DNA from: Eutreptiella sp. 'Long Island Sound 2002' | Lineage: Eukaryota > Protista > Euglenida | Direction of reading: 5' to 3' | Assembly: GCA_964036045.1 (NCBI GenBank) | Contig: OZ038378.1 | Location: 7,316,001 to 7,380,000, forward strand | DNA: 64,000 nucleotides | Shown here: positions 37,301-49,300 of the stretch, piece after piece | Position numbering within the stretch: the first letter of the stretch is position 1 | How the letters are laid out: every line of letters begins with the position of its first letter | Made by a program: the position numbers and the translations under genes | The notes under the pieces: generated by a model | Seen by the model: the letters and a program-made list of their open reading frames with translations, nothing else | What the model was told of the DNA's origin: nothing | Database searches by the model: none

Positions 37301-40300
37301 TGCACAGGCTGAAGGCCTCGATGATGAACAAACGCTTTAGGGTACCGTTCCATAGCTTCAGCACCCAACTAGTGGGCTCAAAATCTCTTTTTTGGGTCAA
37401 AACTGGCCAAAATCAACCCTACAAGTGAACCTTTATGCCTAATTTTCCAAGTTTCACTTTTCTTTGCTCTGTTTGGCTGCCATGTATTGCCTTGGACACC
37501 CTTGCGCTGACAGATAATGATGAATGGGAAATTTTGTAGGCTATTTCCACATCACCAACACCCTTCAATGCCTATTGGCACCAAGGAGCGGCGCATTGCG
37601 CACATGCGAGCGTAGGGTTGCTGGGGTTCACCTGCGGGTCAAAAAGTGGTCCAAAGTGATTGTTTCCAAAGTTGTTCCAAGACCATGGGATGCTTAAACA
37701 AGTGGTTTTAGTCCATTTTGTGCCCATGGTGGGCCCCCTCCCCCTGGCCAAGATCTCAAAAGGCTCCAAAATGGGCCATTTTGGGACCATAATAAATGGG
37801 GTGAAAAGCACATTTTCTTGAAAGTGATCCCAGACTCTTTGGCATGTTCGAACAAGTGGGTTTAGGCTGTTTTGAGCTTGTGGTTACCTGCAATATAGGC
37901 TTGAAAGGCATTGCACATCCTTGGCACACCAATACATTGCAGCCATGTCCAGCTCGAACACTTTTGGAAAAATGCATTTTGGACCACTTTTTGACCCACT
38001 GGTGATCCTGGGCAACACTAATCAGCTTGTGCGCAATGCGCCACTCCTTGGTGTCAGTGGGGTATTCGCTGGTCTCAATTCCTCTTCTTTTGTCCAGCAC
38101 CAGTCAGTATGTCACCACCCCATTGAAGTGCCTCGGCAGGCTACGTACCGGTCCAACACCCAGTTGGGGCATGGACAAACTGTGTGTGCAATGTTCCCGT
38201 ACCAGCTCGCTTCCAATATTCATTTGTTGTTAGGGTGAGGGTTACTGAGCTGGTGGAACTAGTAAGGTTGTGTATTCCGTTTAAGGCTGCAGGGTGGAGG
38301 TACTCCTTTAACCATTCCGCAGCGGTGGCAATAGTAGCCACCAGCAGTGCCAAGCAAGCACAAAATGTTGAAAAATCAGAACTCTGTCACAGTGGTTGGG
38401 ATTTGGCCCAAATTTTGGTGAATGATCCTCTTGAATATGAAGTACAATCAAGGATGCTCAAACAAGTGATTTTCGTCCATTTTGCTCCTATTTTGACCCG
38501 TCTTGGCACCCCACAAGACTTGAAAACACTTAAAAATGGGCCATTTTGGGACCAAAAGGATTCAAAAACACACATTTCCAAATCCGAAATCCATTCTGGC
38601 GTTAGAATGGTCTGTTTAGGCTGCCGTGAGCCCCGGTGACTCATTTTGCCCCCCCCCCCTTCCCCCCGCCCCCAAATTTCTTCAAATTCCTTGAAAATGG
38701 GCCATCTTTGGGCCAAAACAGGGTCTAAAAGGGATTGAATGCACATTTTTCCAAAGGTGATCCAAAGGCCCATTTCATGCCCAAAACAGACTCCAAAAGG
38801 GTTCAAAAACACATTTTTTGAAAAGTGAACCTGCACCACTTGGGGCGTTTGTGCAATTATTTTTCGCCCATTCGAACCTATTCGGCCTATTCAGCCTTCT
38901 GGCACATGCATTACACACATCCCAGGTGCATGTGAAGTTTGAGCATGCCTCAATGGTGGCAGCCGGGAATGGGCGCCGCAAGTCGCAGAACGAGCTTCAA
39001 AATGTATCAAAAATTCCCCAAAAATGCCATATTTTGGCTGATTTGGATGTCTAGAATGTTCGTGGACGGGGCCGTTTGCATTGGAACCAACCAATATGAT
39101 GAACAAACACCTTGGGGCACCGTCCTGTAGCTTCAGTACCCAATTAGCGGCCCTATGACCCCTTCTTCGGGTTGAAATATGCCAAAATCAGCCTTGAAAG
39201 TGACTTTTTATGCTTAGATTATCAAGTACCACCTTCCTTCGCTGCATTTGGCGGGCTATTTTCACACTGCCACCACCCTCCAATGCTGTTTTGGCACCAA
39301 GGAGTGGAGCACTATGCACATGGTCCGGTAGTGTTGCCGGGGGTCACTTGTGGGTCAAAAAAAGTGGACCAAAGTGTTTCTTTTCAAAGTTGTTCCAAGA
39401 CCACTAGGGGTGCATAAACAATTAACTGTAGGCTGTTTTTGACCAATGTTATTAGCCCATGCAAGTTCCCCAAAGCCTTGAAAAGGGCCATTTGGGACGG
39501 CAAAGGGTCAAAAAGGGGTCAAAAACACACTTTTTCAACAGTGATCCTAGATGCTAAAACAAGTGGTTTAAAACTATTGTTAGCTATTTTTTGACCATTT
39601 TTGCGTGCACAAATGTTGAAACCGCTAAGATCCTGTATAATCCGTCCTTTAGTTGGGGAAGGCTTGTCCCATGGGCTAGGGGGGGGCTGAATGGGGAGGG
39701 AGACAGTGTCGGTAGGGCTAGGTCAAACTAGTATTGGGACCGAGCTGGTAGGGAACGGGGCGTGCTGTCCACCAGTCAAAGCAGCTCAATAAGGAACCCT
39801 GACAAGGGTACCCCATGAAAAGACCGAGGACCCGCTGAAAGACTCGCTACGAGATCCCTTGGAAGGACCACCATAGAGGATCACCTTAGCGCCCCCCCAA
39901 AGGAACCCCCCAAAGAAGCCCTGTGAGGACCCCCTTTAAGGACCCAAGTAAACGACCCCGCTAAAGGACCCTATTACAGGAGCCCCTAAAGGACCCCCAA
40001 AAGGAGCCCCATGAAGGACACCCTTGAAGGACCCAAGTGAAGGACCTCTCCAAAGAATCCCGTGAAGAATCCCCCTTGAAGAACCCCCGTGAAGAATCTC
40101 CATGAAGGACCCCACCAACCGGGCTGCATGAAGGACCCTCCTTAAGGACCCGCTCAACTCCGCCCCCACCCATGGATGTTCTTAGGTTATTTTTTCTTTG
40201 GGTCCTGTCAATCCAGCCAGAGGGCTCTATTGACCCCCCTCCACCCTAATTGAAAGCTCGTACCTTTCACCAGCCAGGAATGGTTGCATCAGTTTCGAGA

Positions 40301-43300
40301 TCCAAGGGTCCAAAGTGTGCTCGACTATCCGCCCCCTCACTCTGGGCCACTGTTTTGGTTTCTTTCAAGGGACCCATGTATGGAAAGCCCCAACCAATAC
40401 CTTTCACCCGAGCCTTGTTTTTCTAGGAATGGTTGCATCAGTTTCGAGATCCAAGGGTCGGAAGTGTGCTCGACTATCCGCCCGGTTATCTAGGCCCATG
40501 TCTATTTGAGGATGGAACAACACATGGTGGTTTGGTGGATGGAATATTTCAATCTCTTCAGACTCTGAGTGACAAGTCACGTGCACCATGCCAGCCAGTT
40601 TTACTGTTGCACCCACTGCTACAACTAATGAGGTTGTGAAGTACAAGAGGCGTCAACCATTTGCTAAGCACACTGGCGTCTGAGATCCAAGACCAAACAC
40701 TTTGCATGGTTGGTTGGACACCTGCTAGATTTCTGGTCGCACTACAGCACCAAAATGGTGCCACTTCGGAGCCGCAGGCACTTGCGCATGATGCGACAAG
40801 CCAAAAATGGATTGACCATCGAAATCTGTACATGTGCATGTGTCCATTTCTACCCTGAGCCCTCTATGAAACCCTTTGCAATGTCTTGCACGCCTCTATT
40901 ATGCTTGGTGGCAAGAAGACTTTGAAAAATCTCTTGCTTCACCCTGTTGTGCAAGCAGGATGTAGTTGATGGCCCGGTCCAACCGCATGTAATCCACTGC
41001 ACAATTACCATGTCCAATAGCAGCTGCAACCCCATCGTTGGCGCCTTTGCATTTTCCTTTTTGCCTTTTCCCAGAGCTGCAGTTTTTGGAATACCCCCCC
41101 CCCCCATCACCCACAGCATCATCAGTTCAATGTGCTGGCGGCTGTTCACCGCCTTCATATTTGTCACAGGTGATTCAGTTGCGCAACAAAAGCAGAAACC
41201 TCGACACCCTTCCCAGTGGCGGCAAAGTTGGGACCCTCGAGCTCATCGATTTACGCAATGCAATTACTAGGGAGCTGCGCCTGCAGGTGGACCCCTCGAA
41301 GTATTCCGTTGAAGATATGATAGAGCTCGTGACCCTCCGGGTATGCTGCTCCCGATCCCCACACCCGTGTGGGCTTTCCAGGTCCCAGTTGGGCTGTTGT
41401 GCGCTAGAATGCAGCCTTTTACGTCCATACCTATGTACGCTGGTGTACTTTCCCCGGAACAGACGTGGGCGGTACCACTTCTGTGGGCTGTGTGGCCTGG
41501 TACCGTATCGTGGCGTTATGTGGTGGGGTAGTGTGATGCGGCGCGTTGCAGTTCGGTTGAGCGCAGGGCTGTTGTGCGGTGCAATGTGGTGGTGCGGTGC
41601 GGGTGCCGTGTTCTGTGGTGGTGTGCGGTGCGGTGTCTCCTTGCCACCTTTTGGGACAGATACGAGAGTTGAGGGACTGCAAGGACCATTACGACGGGTT
41701 TGCACTTCGCATTGCGCGGCTCTTGGGGCGGTCTCTGGACCCGCAGCTTTTGAATAGCCCTGCGAAGCTGGCGCCGGAATTGGAAGATCTGGTCAGTTTG
41801 TGTGTCACTAAAACCGCCCCAAGTATGTCAAGGGGAGGTGTGCTTTGTGGCTATTTTCGGCCTGCGAGGGAATTCTGTCTGGGAGGAGCGGCAGGACGAA
41901 CACCACGGTGTGCACAGGGACTGCACCGCCGGCTCAGAACTGCACCCATATAGGGCATTGGATCACTGCGGTGTTTGAGCAATCAATTGGTTCATCAAAA
42001 TCCAAAGGGGTGCAGAACGTTGCCCGGTGCTGGTCCCTTTGAACTCTGTAGAACCACGATGTGACCCATTCCCATCCATAAGACCCTCCTGATGACTCAG
42101 GATGCACCGTAGTCGGGGCACAATGTGTGCCTGACCGTTTTAGCGCTAATCATGGCAGCAAATTGCCCCATAGCTCCATAGCCCGGATTGGGCAGTCTGG
42201 AGAACAGTGCAGCAGATACCTCTGTGTTGCTGCCGGACAACTGAAAATTTGAAGCTTCCGTTTCCCTGATCATGCACAAATGCTTCCGAAATATACCACA
42301 AAAAGATTGACACAGACACAAAAGCACGATTCACGCGACGAAGGCGCTGGCAGCAGCGCATTTAAGTCGACAAAACCGTTTCAAGGTACGCAGGAAGGAT
42401 GAGGATCAAGTCTGCTCTTTGGGGATGGGTGTGTTGGGGGGTGAAGGTTCATGCGCTTTGGGGCGCACACCATCCGCGAGCTCACCGCTATGGTGCGCGA
42501 AAGAGTGTCCACACCCGCATCGAAGGTCTCGAAAACAACACCTGAAGTGTCGTATGACCCGAGGACACACGTGTCCAGTAATTTTTACACAACAGACAAG
42601 TCAGGGGCAGGGGCAGAGTATCCGGGACAGCCCGCACGGGCAAAACCCTACTCCCAGGCAGCCAGGCATGCAACAGCATCAAGTAGATTGATCTGTGTGG
42701 GGACAACGCGTGTCTCTGCCAAGCGGTTGCTCTGCGTGCGTCTCCAACATGATTTCTGGCGCTCCGTGTGTCGCTCTGATTTCCCCCTGCAATTCCATGC
42801 GCCAACAACCGTCTCATCTGCCCTCTGCTGTTCTGTTTGCAGTCCTTAATTCTGGAGTAGGACGTATGGGACCAGAAAATGCGCCGACCAGTTCTTGGCC
42901 CTGTGTGCAACTGTTGTGGCCTGGCATCCTTTGATCCCACATGGACGGTCCCTCGGGTCGTTGGTCACTCAGATAAAAGAACCCCTGGGGTAACTCGGGG
43001 AGGGCATCCCCCTAACGGCATTTCATGGGGTGGGCCGTTGCCTCAAGCATGCCATTCCCTGGGGTTAGGGTGGTCCTGAGATAGTGGGATGCCTGCACGA
43101 AAACCAACGTAGCAAAGGCCGAAAAGAGACAGCAGGAGCAACAGAGATCATCTACGACTTCTGCATAGAACTGCAGAAGTCGTAGTGGAGACGCATGCGC
43201 GGCAGCAGAAGCGATAGTGAGGAGTGGGCAAACCCAACACAGAGCAGCAAAAAACACGTGCGTGCATGTGGGCATGGCGAGTGTTTCGCCGACAACGACA

Positions 43301-46300
43301 GCTGAACGTCTCGCGAGCATGTGCTTCTGGGCAGACACGCAGGAGAACGCACGCCCTCTGCTGCGCTGCAGCCACCCCCATGTGCCCACCGATGCTCTGC
43401 ATGCGTCTCCACAAGGGCTCTGGGGATCAGTTGAAAAGGAGAACCCCCCCCCCCCTTGCCTTCAGACCTCCCTCACAGCAGCAGCAGGGGTTGCGGGGTT
43501 GGGGTACTCCACTGTGCTTACCCCAAACGGGGGGCAGCATGATAGTGCTGGATAAGCCTGGGGCATGGGCCCCCGCGGTGGTGGTCCTGCTTTTGTACCT
43601 CCAGAGTACAGTCCCAGATCAGGCGCCAAGAACAAGGATTTGGAGGACCGCCCCCCGACCGACCGGGTCAGCATGTCGGACACCGCCTCTGTCATGAATT
43701 CACGCGACCGCGACTCGCCGCTGCAGTTCTCCCGGGACCAGTACCGGTCCAATGACCTTCCGCGGCGTGCCTCGGAGGTTTCCAAGCCGGTCACACGAGA
43801 GGTCAGCGGCGTTGACCTGCCCCTCAGGCGTGCATACCCCGACCCGGGAACCTACAAGCCGCCTCCCCGTGCCTACGAGGGATTGGAGACCGCAGCCCGC
43901 ACTGCAGGCGGCACAGCAGCTTACATGAAAACACCGGTTCGTTTGCTTCCCTTTCTCGTGGCCTCATTCATTGTTCTGGCTGTGACTGATGCCCTGTTCC
44001 CTTTCTGAGGGTTGGAGTCAGGGCCATCTCGGGCTGTCCCTGAGCAGCGAGAGCCCAAGGTGGGGGCAGATGGGTAATACGGAGGCGGGCCATACTGAGC
44101 TGGAGTCCCTCAACTAAGCAGAAACATCCGCCCGCTGCAGCTGCTGCTCGCTGGGGTTTGGACGCCTCTGTCAGGGGACATGGAGCAGGGATTGGACACT
44201 CTGTGCACCGGTCGGGATTTCGGCATCATTTTGCACACAGGCAGTCCTCGTGACGGTGAGGATTCAGGTTCTCAAGTCAGGGCTCATGACTGTGTCACCA
44301 GACGTTGCTGGTGTTGAATGAGCCTTAGTATCTGTCGGTTCCGGGACGCTCAGCAACAGCACGACCATAACCTCCGGCAGCCCCCTCCGCAGCTCCGCTT
44401 TAAACCTTTGCCACATCCTCCCACAGCCTTCAAATTCGAGGAAGACGGAAAAGGGAAAGGGAATACGCTGCAGGCCTGTGTCACAAAGCTCTGCATCCGG
44501 ACTGAAATCGGGACACGGCGACTTGAGGGCCTCGAAGTGATATAAATTCAATTGTTCACGGCTTGAAAACCATATGCCCTGTGCACAGCTGCACGAGGGG
44601 ATATGGTCGCAAGGGTGCGGGGGGCGACAAACAGATCCCGAAACATCAACATTTCAACCAGAAAAATGAGAGCCAGAAAGCCAGTGCCAGTGCCGTCTCT
44701 TGGGGGGCAGGGGTGTGTGTTCTCAGTGCTGCCCAGGAGTGCAGCTGAATTCGACAGTGCATTTGGTGATGAGGCATTTTGATAGGGGCACACACCTTTC
44801 ACACCTAGGCGCCTACCAACAGAACTATGTCTGTGGCCCTGCAACACACTCCTGACCCTTCAGAGTTTGCTGGCACATTGCACGTTGCGTGTCAACAAGG
44901 ACACTATTCAGGGCCTGTGTCATGCTGGTGATGGATGGCGTGACTGGGTAGTTTCCCGCCTTGCTTTGAAATGAATTGACCATTCTCGTGCCGCTCAAGG
45001 GTTCATTGCTGAGGTAAGGGTTGGGCTCGAGAGAATGGCCACCAGTTACTCCAGCATATTGTGGGTGCAGCAAAAGTCTTGTCGCATAATTGTCTCGGCG
45101 TTGCATTCGGATTTTCACGATGCCCTAGGCATATCTCTTGGGATCATTCATTCCTGGGTTTTATGAACTTTTGGTCCAATGCGCCAAAATTTCGTCCCGC
45201 TGGGGGGGGGGTATGTGTATACTTTTTGAAATCTGTGAGAAAAGGCCGTTTCAGAAATGTGTGGGTTTGGGGGGGGTGATCACATTTTTGAGCAAATGGA
45301 GCTGCAAAGTGGACGATGCGCAAGACAAGGCAATGCTCGAGGGACCACAGATTATTCTGAATCTGAATCGTCATTGTTGCCCCTTTCCACACGGGCAGGG
45401 ACCCCATTGGGGCACACATCCCCCTGCTTGTGAATTGGAACATATTTTTTCAGTTTTTCCCAATCCTGCAGCCTGCGTGCCTTGACTGGCACCCACCTGG
45501 TGTTGAGAGGCATGGCCCACAGACCATCAGTTGTCAGGTCCACGTTGCGCTGTTTGGTCAGCTGGACCTTGCGCCAGGCAATGGTCTCACTGTACCCTGA
45601 TTTCTCAAACCTCAATTTGATTGCTGAAGCACGTCGTGTGTTCACCTTGGCCTTCCTCTGGGGACTTTTCATAGGGCTGAGGGGGCTGGCAACAGCCGCA
45701 TTTGCCTTGTCCTTGGCCACAGTTTCGACAACTCTGTGTGAAATCTTGAAATAATGCAAAAACTGCGTTTTGCAGATTTGTCGACGTGCTCCACGGTAGG
45801 GGATACGTTGTCTGGTGACCCCTCGTTCTAGTGTACTTGTGCCACTATGCATGCTTGACATTTTTCTCCAAATCAACGTCAATGCACGTGGCCAGAAACT
45901 CCTGCTGTGAAGCCTTCGTTGGGTGTACTGGACGATCCCAAAATTGACTTGCAAAAGAAGCGGCCTCTGCGGTGGTCAAAATCTGGTGGCCTCTGTCGGT
46001 GCATGCAGGCTGCTGTGAACCGGCTGTACGAGGCTTTTTGGCCTTTCTGCCAGGCTCATCGCGGCTCACCTGCACCCAATTTACAACCCCAGAGCGCGCT
46101 CTTTTGCGCACCAAAGGTTTCTGTGGTGCATCAGGGGAAGCAACAGCCCGGGGAGTGAATTTGTATGCGGACATGGTAGCTGCCTGTTGACAAAAAGAGG
46201 CAGCAAGGAACACAGGCCCGTCCGAAACGGAAGAAACTCTCGAACATGTCGTCAGTACAGCATGCAGACCCGGGTGTTCCAAATCGCCCTTTTCAAGGGC

Positions 46301-49300
46301 TTTCCAAATATACCCCACATACCCCCCCCTACGGGACACTCAGTGGGCACAAATAACGCAACAATGACGGCGATCACCAAAAACCCACCGAGTTGGCGCA
46401 ATCCCCAACGACCCTGAGAGATATGGGTGGAGGAACAAACACGGCTGCACGGAAAGTTGTCAAGAAATCATCACCGCAATGCAAGGCTCAGGTGGAAGCA
46501 CTGCTGCCTGGCAGGAGGAATGCGGCAACACCTCTGAGTATGGCCGCAGGACGCAGTTGTAGATATGCCCATCCGCATCATCAGGAGGACAGGAGTCCCT
46601 GGTGACCGCACACTTTGCGGTGGCAGCTGAAAGCGTTGCCTGTCAGCCCAATTTGCCTATTGTGCGGATGCAAGGCCTTTTTTGGTGATGCACCGACAGT
46701 TGGAGTGCTGGATTGGCACTGTTCAACGCAGGCTGAGGAGTTTGAACACATAGTTCTGACCCACTCTCTTGTCCTTCATAAGACCCTTGGCCAACGGACA
46801 GCCATTTCGGTTTCACCAGCGATGTGCTGAGCAATGTTCTTTTCGTGCTCGGAATTAGGAGAGCCCCTTGTGGGCTGTTGTTGATGTGCTGTGGGTTATG
46901 CGCCTCTATCCTGCTTGTGTCGGCATCCCCCACGTGTGGCCCAGAATCCCGAGCCGGTGATACGTTGGGTACCAGAGGGTGCAGGCGACACAGACAAGAT
47001 CAGCGTGGGCAGCCGAAGCACAGAGTACAAACAGGTCTTCAGGCCGGTGTCGTGATGTCTCAAAGTGGGCGAGTGCGTGCATGCGTGCGTGCGTGCGTGA
47101 GTGAACGAAAGGTATCAGTGAGTAAGTGAGTGCGTTCGTGCGTGGGCCCGTGTGTGTGTGTGGGTGAGTGGGTGAGTGGGTGAGTGGGTGAGTGGGTCAG
47201 TGAGTCAGTGAGTCATAGAGTGAGTGAGTGAGTGAGTCAGTGAGTCAGTGAGTCAGTGAGTCAGTGAGTGAACGAGGGGTATCAGTGAGTGAGTACCTGC
47301 GTGCGTGCGTAAATCAGTGAGCGAGTGAGCGGCATCAATGAGAAAGTGAGTGCGTGAGTGATTGAGTGAATAAGTCTGGCAGTGAGCGACTGAGTGAGCG
47401 AGCTAGTGAGCGAGCGAGTGAGTCAGTGAGTGAACGAGTGGTTGTACTGAGTGAGTGCGTGCGTGCGTATGTTGGTGCGTGCGTGCATGACAGAAGTTGG
47501 AAGAGGGCAACAGTAGCGCTCATGGTAAGGCCTCGATCGACGAAAGCCTCAGATAACGGCTGTGCAGTCCAACATCGTACACCAAGTTTCGTTGGCAGCG
47601 AATCCACATGGCAACGCCATTTTCCACGATTGTCGGGGGCTGCCGAAGAAGCACAGAAGGGAGACAACGCCGAGCACGAAATTAAGCTTGGCCCCGTGCA
47701 GTTCACATGCAGTATCGCACTCCCGCCTCCAAATGCTGGTCATTCGCCCCCGGTATCCGCGCCCACTCAACTCGTCAATCTCAGGACCGAACACGCACTG
47801 ATGAATTCAGTCGCGAGCTGGTGGCGGCGTTGAGTACAGTTGAAGCCGCAGGTGTTTGCTCTGCCAACTTTGCCCTACGCCCCCCCCCCCCCCTTTCCCT
47901 CGCACACAATCCCGCGCCCTGTGACTGTGCAGGGTTGCCCATGTCCACTATGTATTCAGGATGGCTGCTGCTAGTTCCTCAAGGGGTGTGGATGATGAGT
48001 ATGATTTTCTTGTTCCTTCCGGATGCTTGCTGTCACTTCTCGGAGGGCCGCATCACCGTCAATTGTTGGAGGGTTCTGAGAGACACAATACCAACAAGCT
48101 GACACAGCAGTGGCACACCAGCATGTCTAATTGTGAACTCTGGGGGCACAGCAAGCAGTCCATATGCTGTGTTGCTCGACGGTCTCCACAAGAAAAAAGT
48201 GCTTCAACGGTCACCGGACCATTTTTCTGAGCGATCAGGGTTGCCCCCCCGTTCACGTTAGGGCATCACTAATTCGAGTTTAAAGGGGGGGCTCCCATGC
48301 CAGGCAAGCTGAGGTGGAGGTTGGGGGGTTGCCATGGCATGGGAGGATGCAATGTGTCATTTGCAAAACAATTTCATTATTGAGCATTCTTCACAAAGGA
48401 TTTTGTGGCACAAGGGATTGGGTTCTAGGCAGCTGTATATGGTGTGTGGAAAACACACCACACCTATTGAACACTGCTGTTCATTTCTTTCTGTCACTGC
48501 CTCTGGTGCCCATCCCCTTCTGCTTGTATGCCTGTGGCCATATGGTTGTGGTCATGGACATGTTTGTGATATCAATGTGTGTATGCAATAACATTCCCTC
48601 AGTTATCGGTCATTCACATCCTTTGAGGAATTAACAACAGTCCTCCACTCAATGGGGGGCAGGTAAGATTTGAACGACTTCGACCTGATGTCAAGTGGTG
48701 TAGTAGGCATCCAAATGCCCTGGAAAATGATCCGTACTCATCCACAACCATCCAGTAGCAAATAGCATCCTCCACGACCTCCAGCGGGCATCTAGAAGTG
48801 TGCAAGAATGAATACTAAGTCATGAAAAATTGACAAACATGAGAATTAATAGTACTCATCCAGAAGCCTGGACAACTGTGTAGTAGGCATGTGGCAAGGG
48901 GGAGGGGAACAAACAGCGGTGGTAGCACAAACTATTATTCTGTGGTGGGGAGGAGGGCGATGAGTGGATTAATTGCTAGATGGTTGTGGATGGCTGTTGC
49001 TTATTCTTAGTGTTCAGGATGGTAATATTAAGTCTTGCCCATATCTGGATGCCTTCTGTAAAATCTTGGAGCTTCTGGATGATTTTGCTTCTCCCCTGGA
49101 AGGTTGTGGATGAGCACTGATTATTTTTCATAGATTGAGTAACCCCCCCCCCCCCCAATGTTACCCCCCCCAAATGGGAATCTGGCCTACTTCTACTTTG
49201 GTGGGGTGGAGAGGGGCATATGCGCGCAACGGGTTGGCACAGTTGCCAATCTTGTGCTTTTGGAGTCGGGGGTGGGGTCCTTTCCATGCCATGCTCCATA

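Noticed and set aside
42455-42465. Frameshift needed to join host exons at 41791 and 42447
   Set aside because: Using the GTGTGT donor after 41799 (phase 2) joins the exons without any indel.
43937-44008. C-terminal transmembrane helix (LLPFLVASFIVLAVTDALFPF)
   Set aside because: Most likely intron read-through past the donor at 43937; the frame continues in exons at 47713 and 50596.
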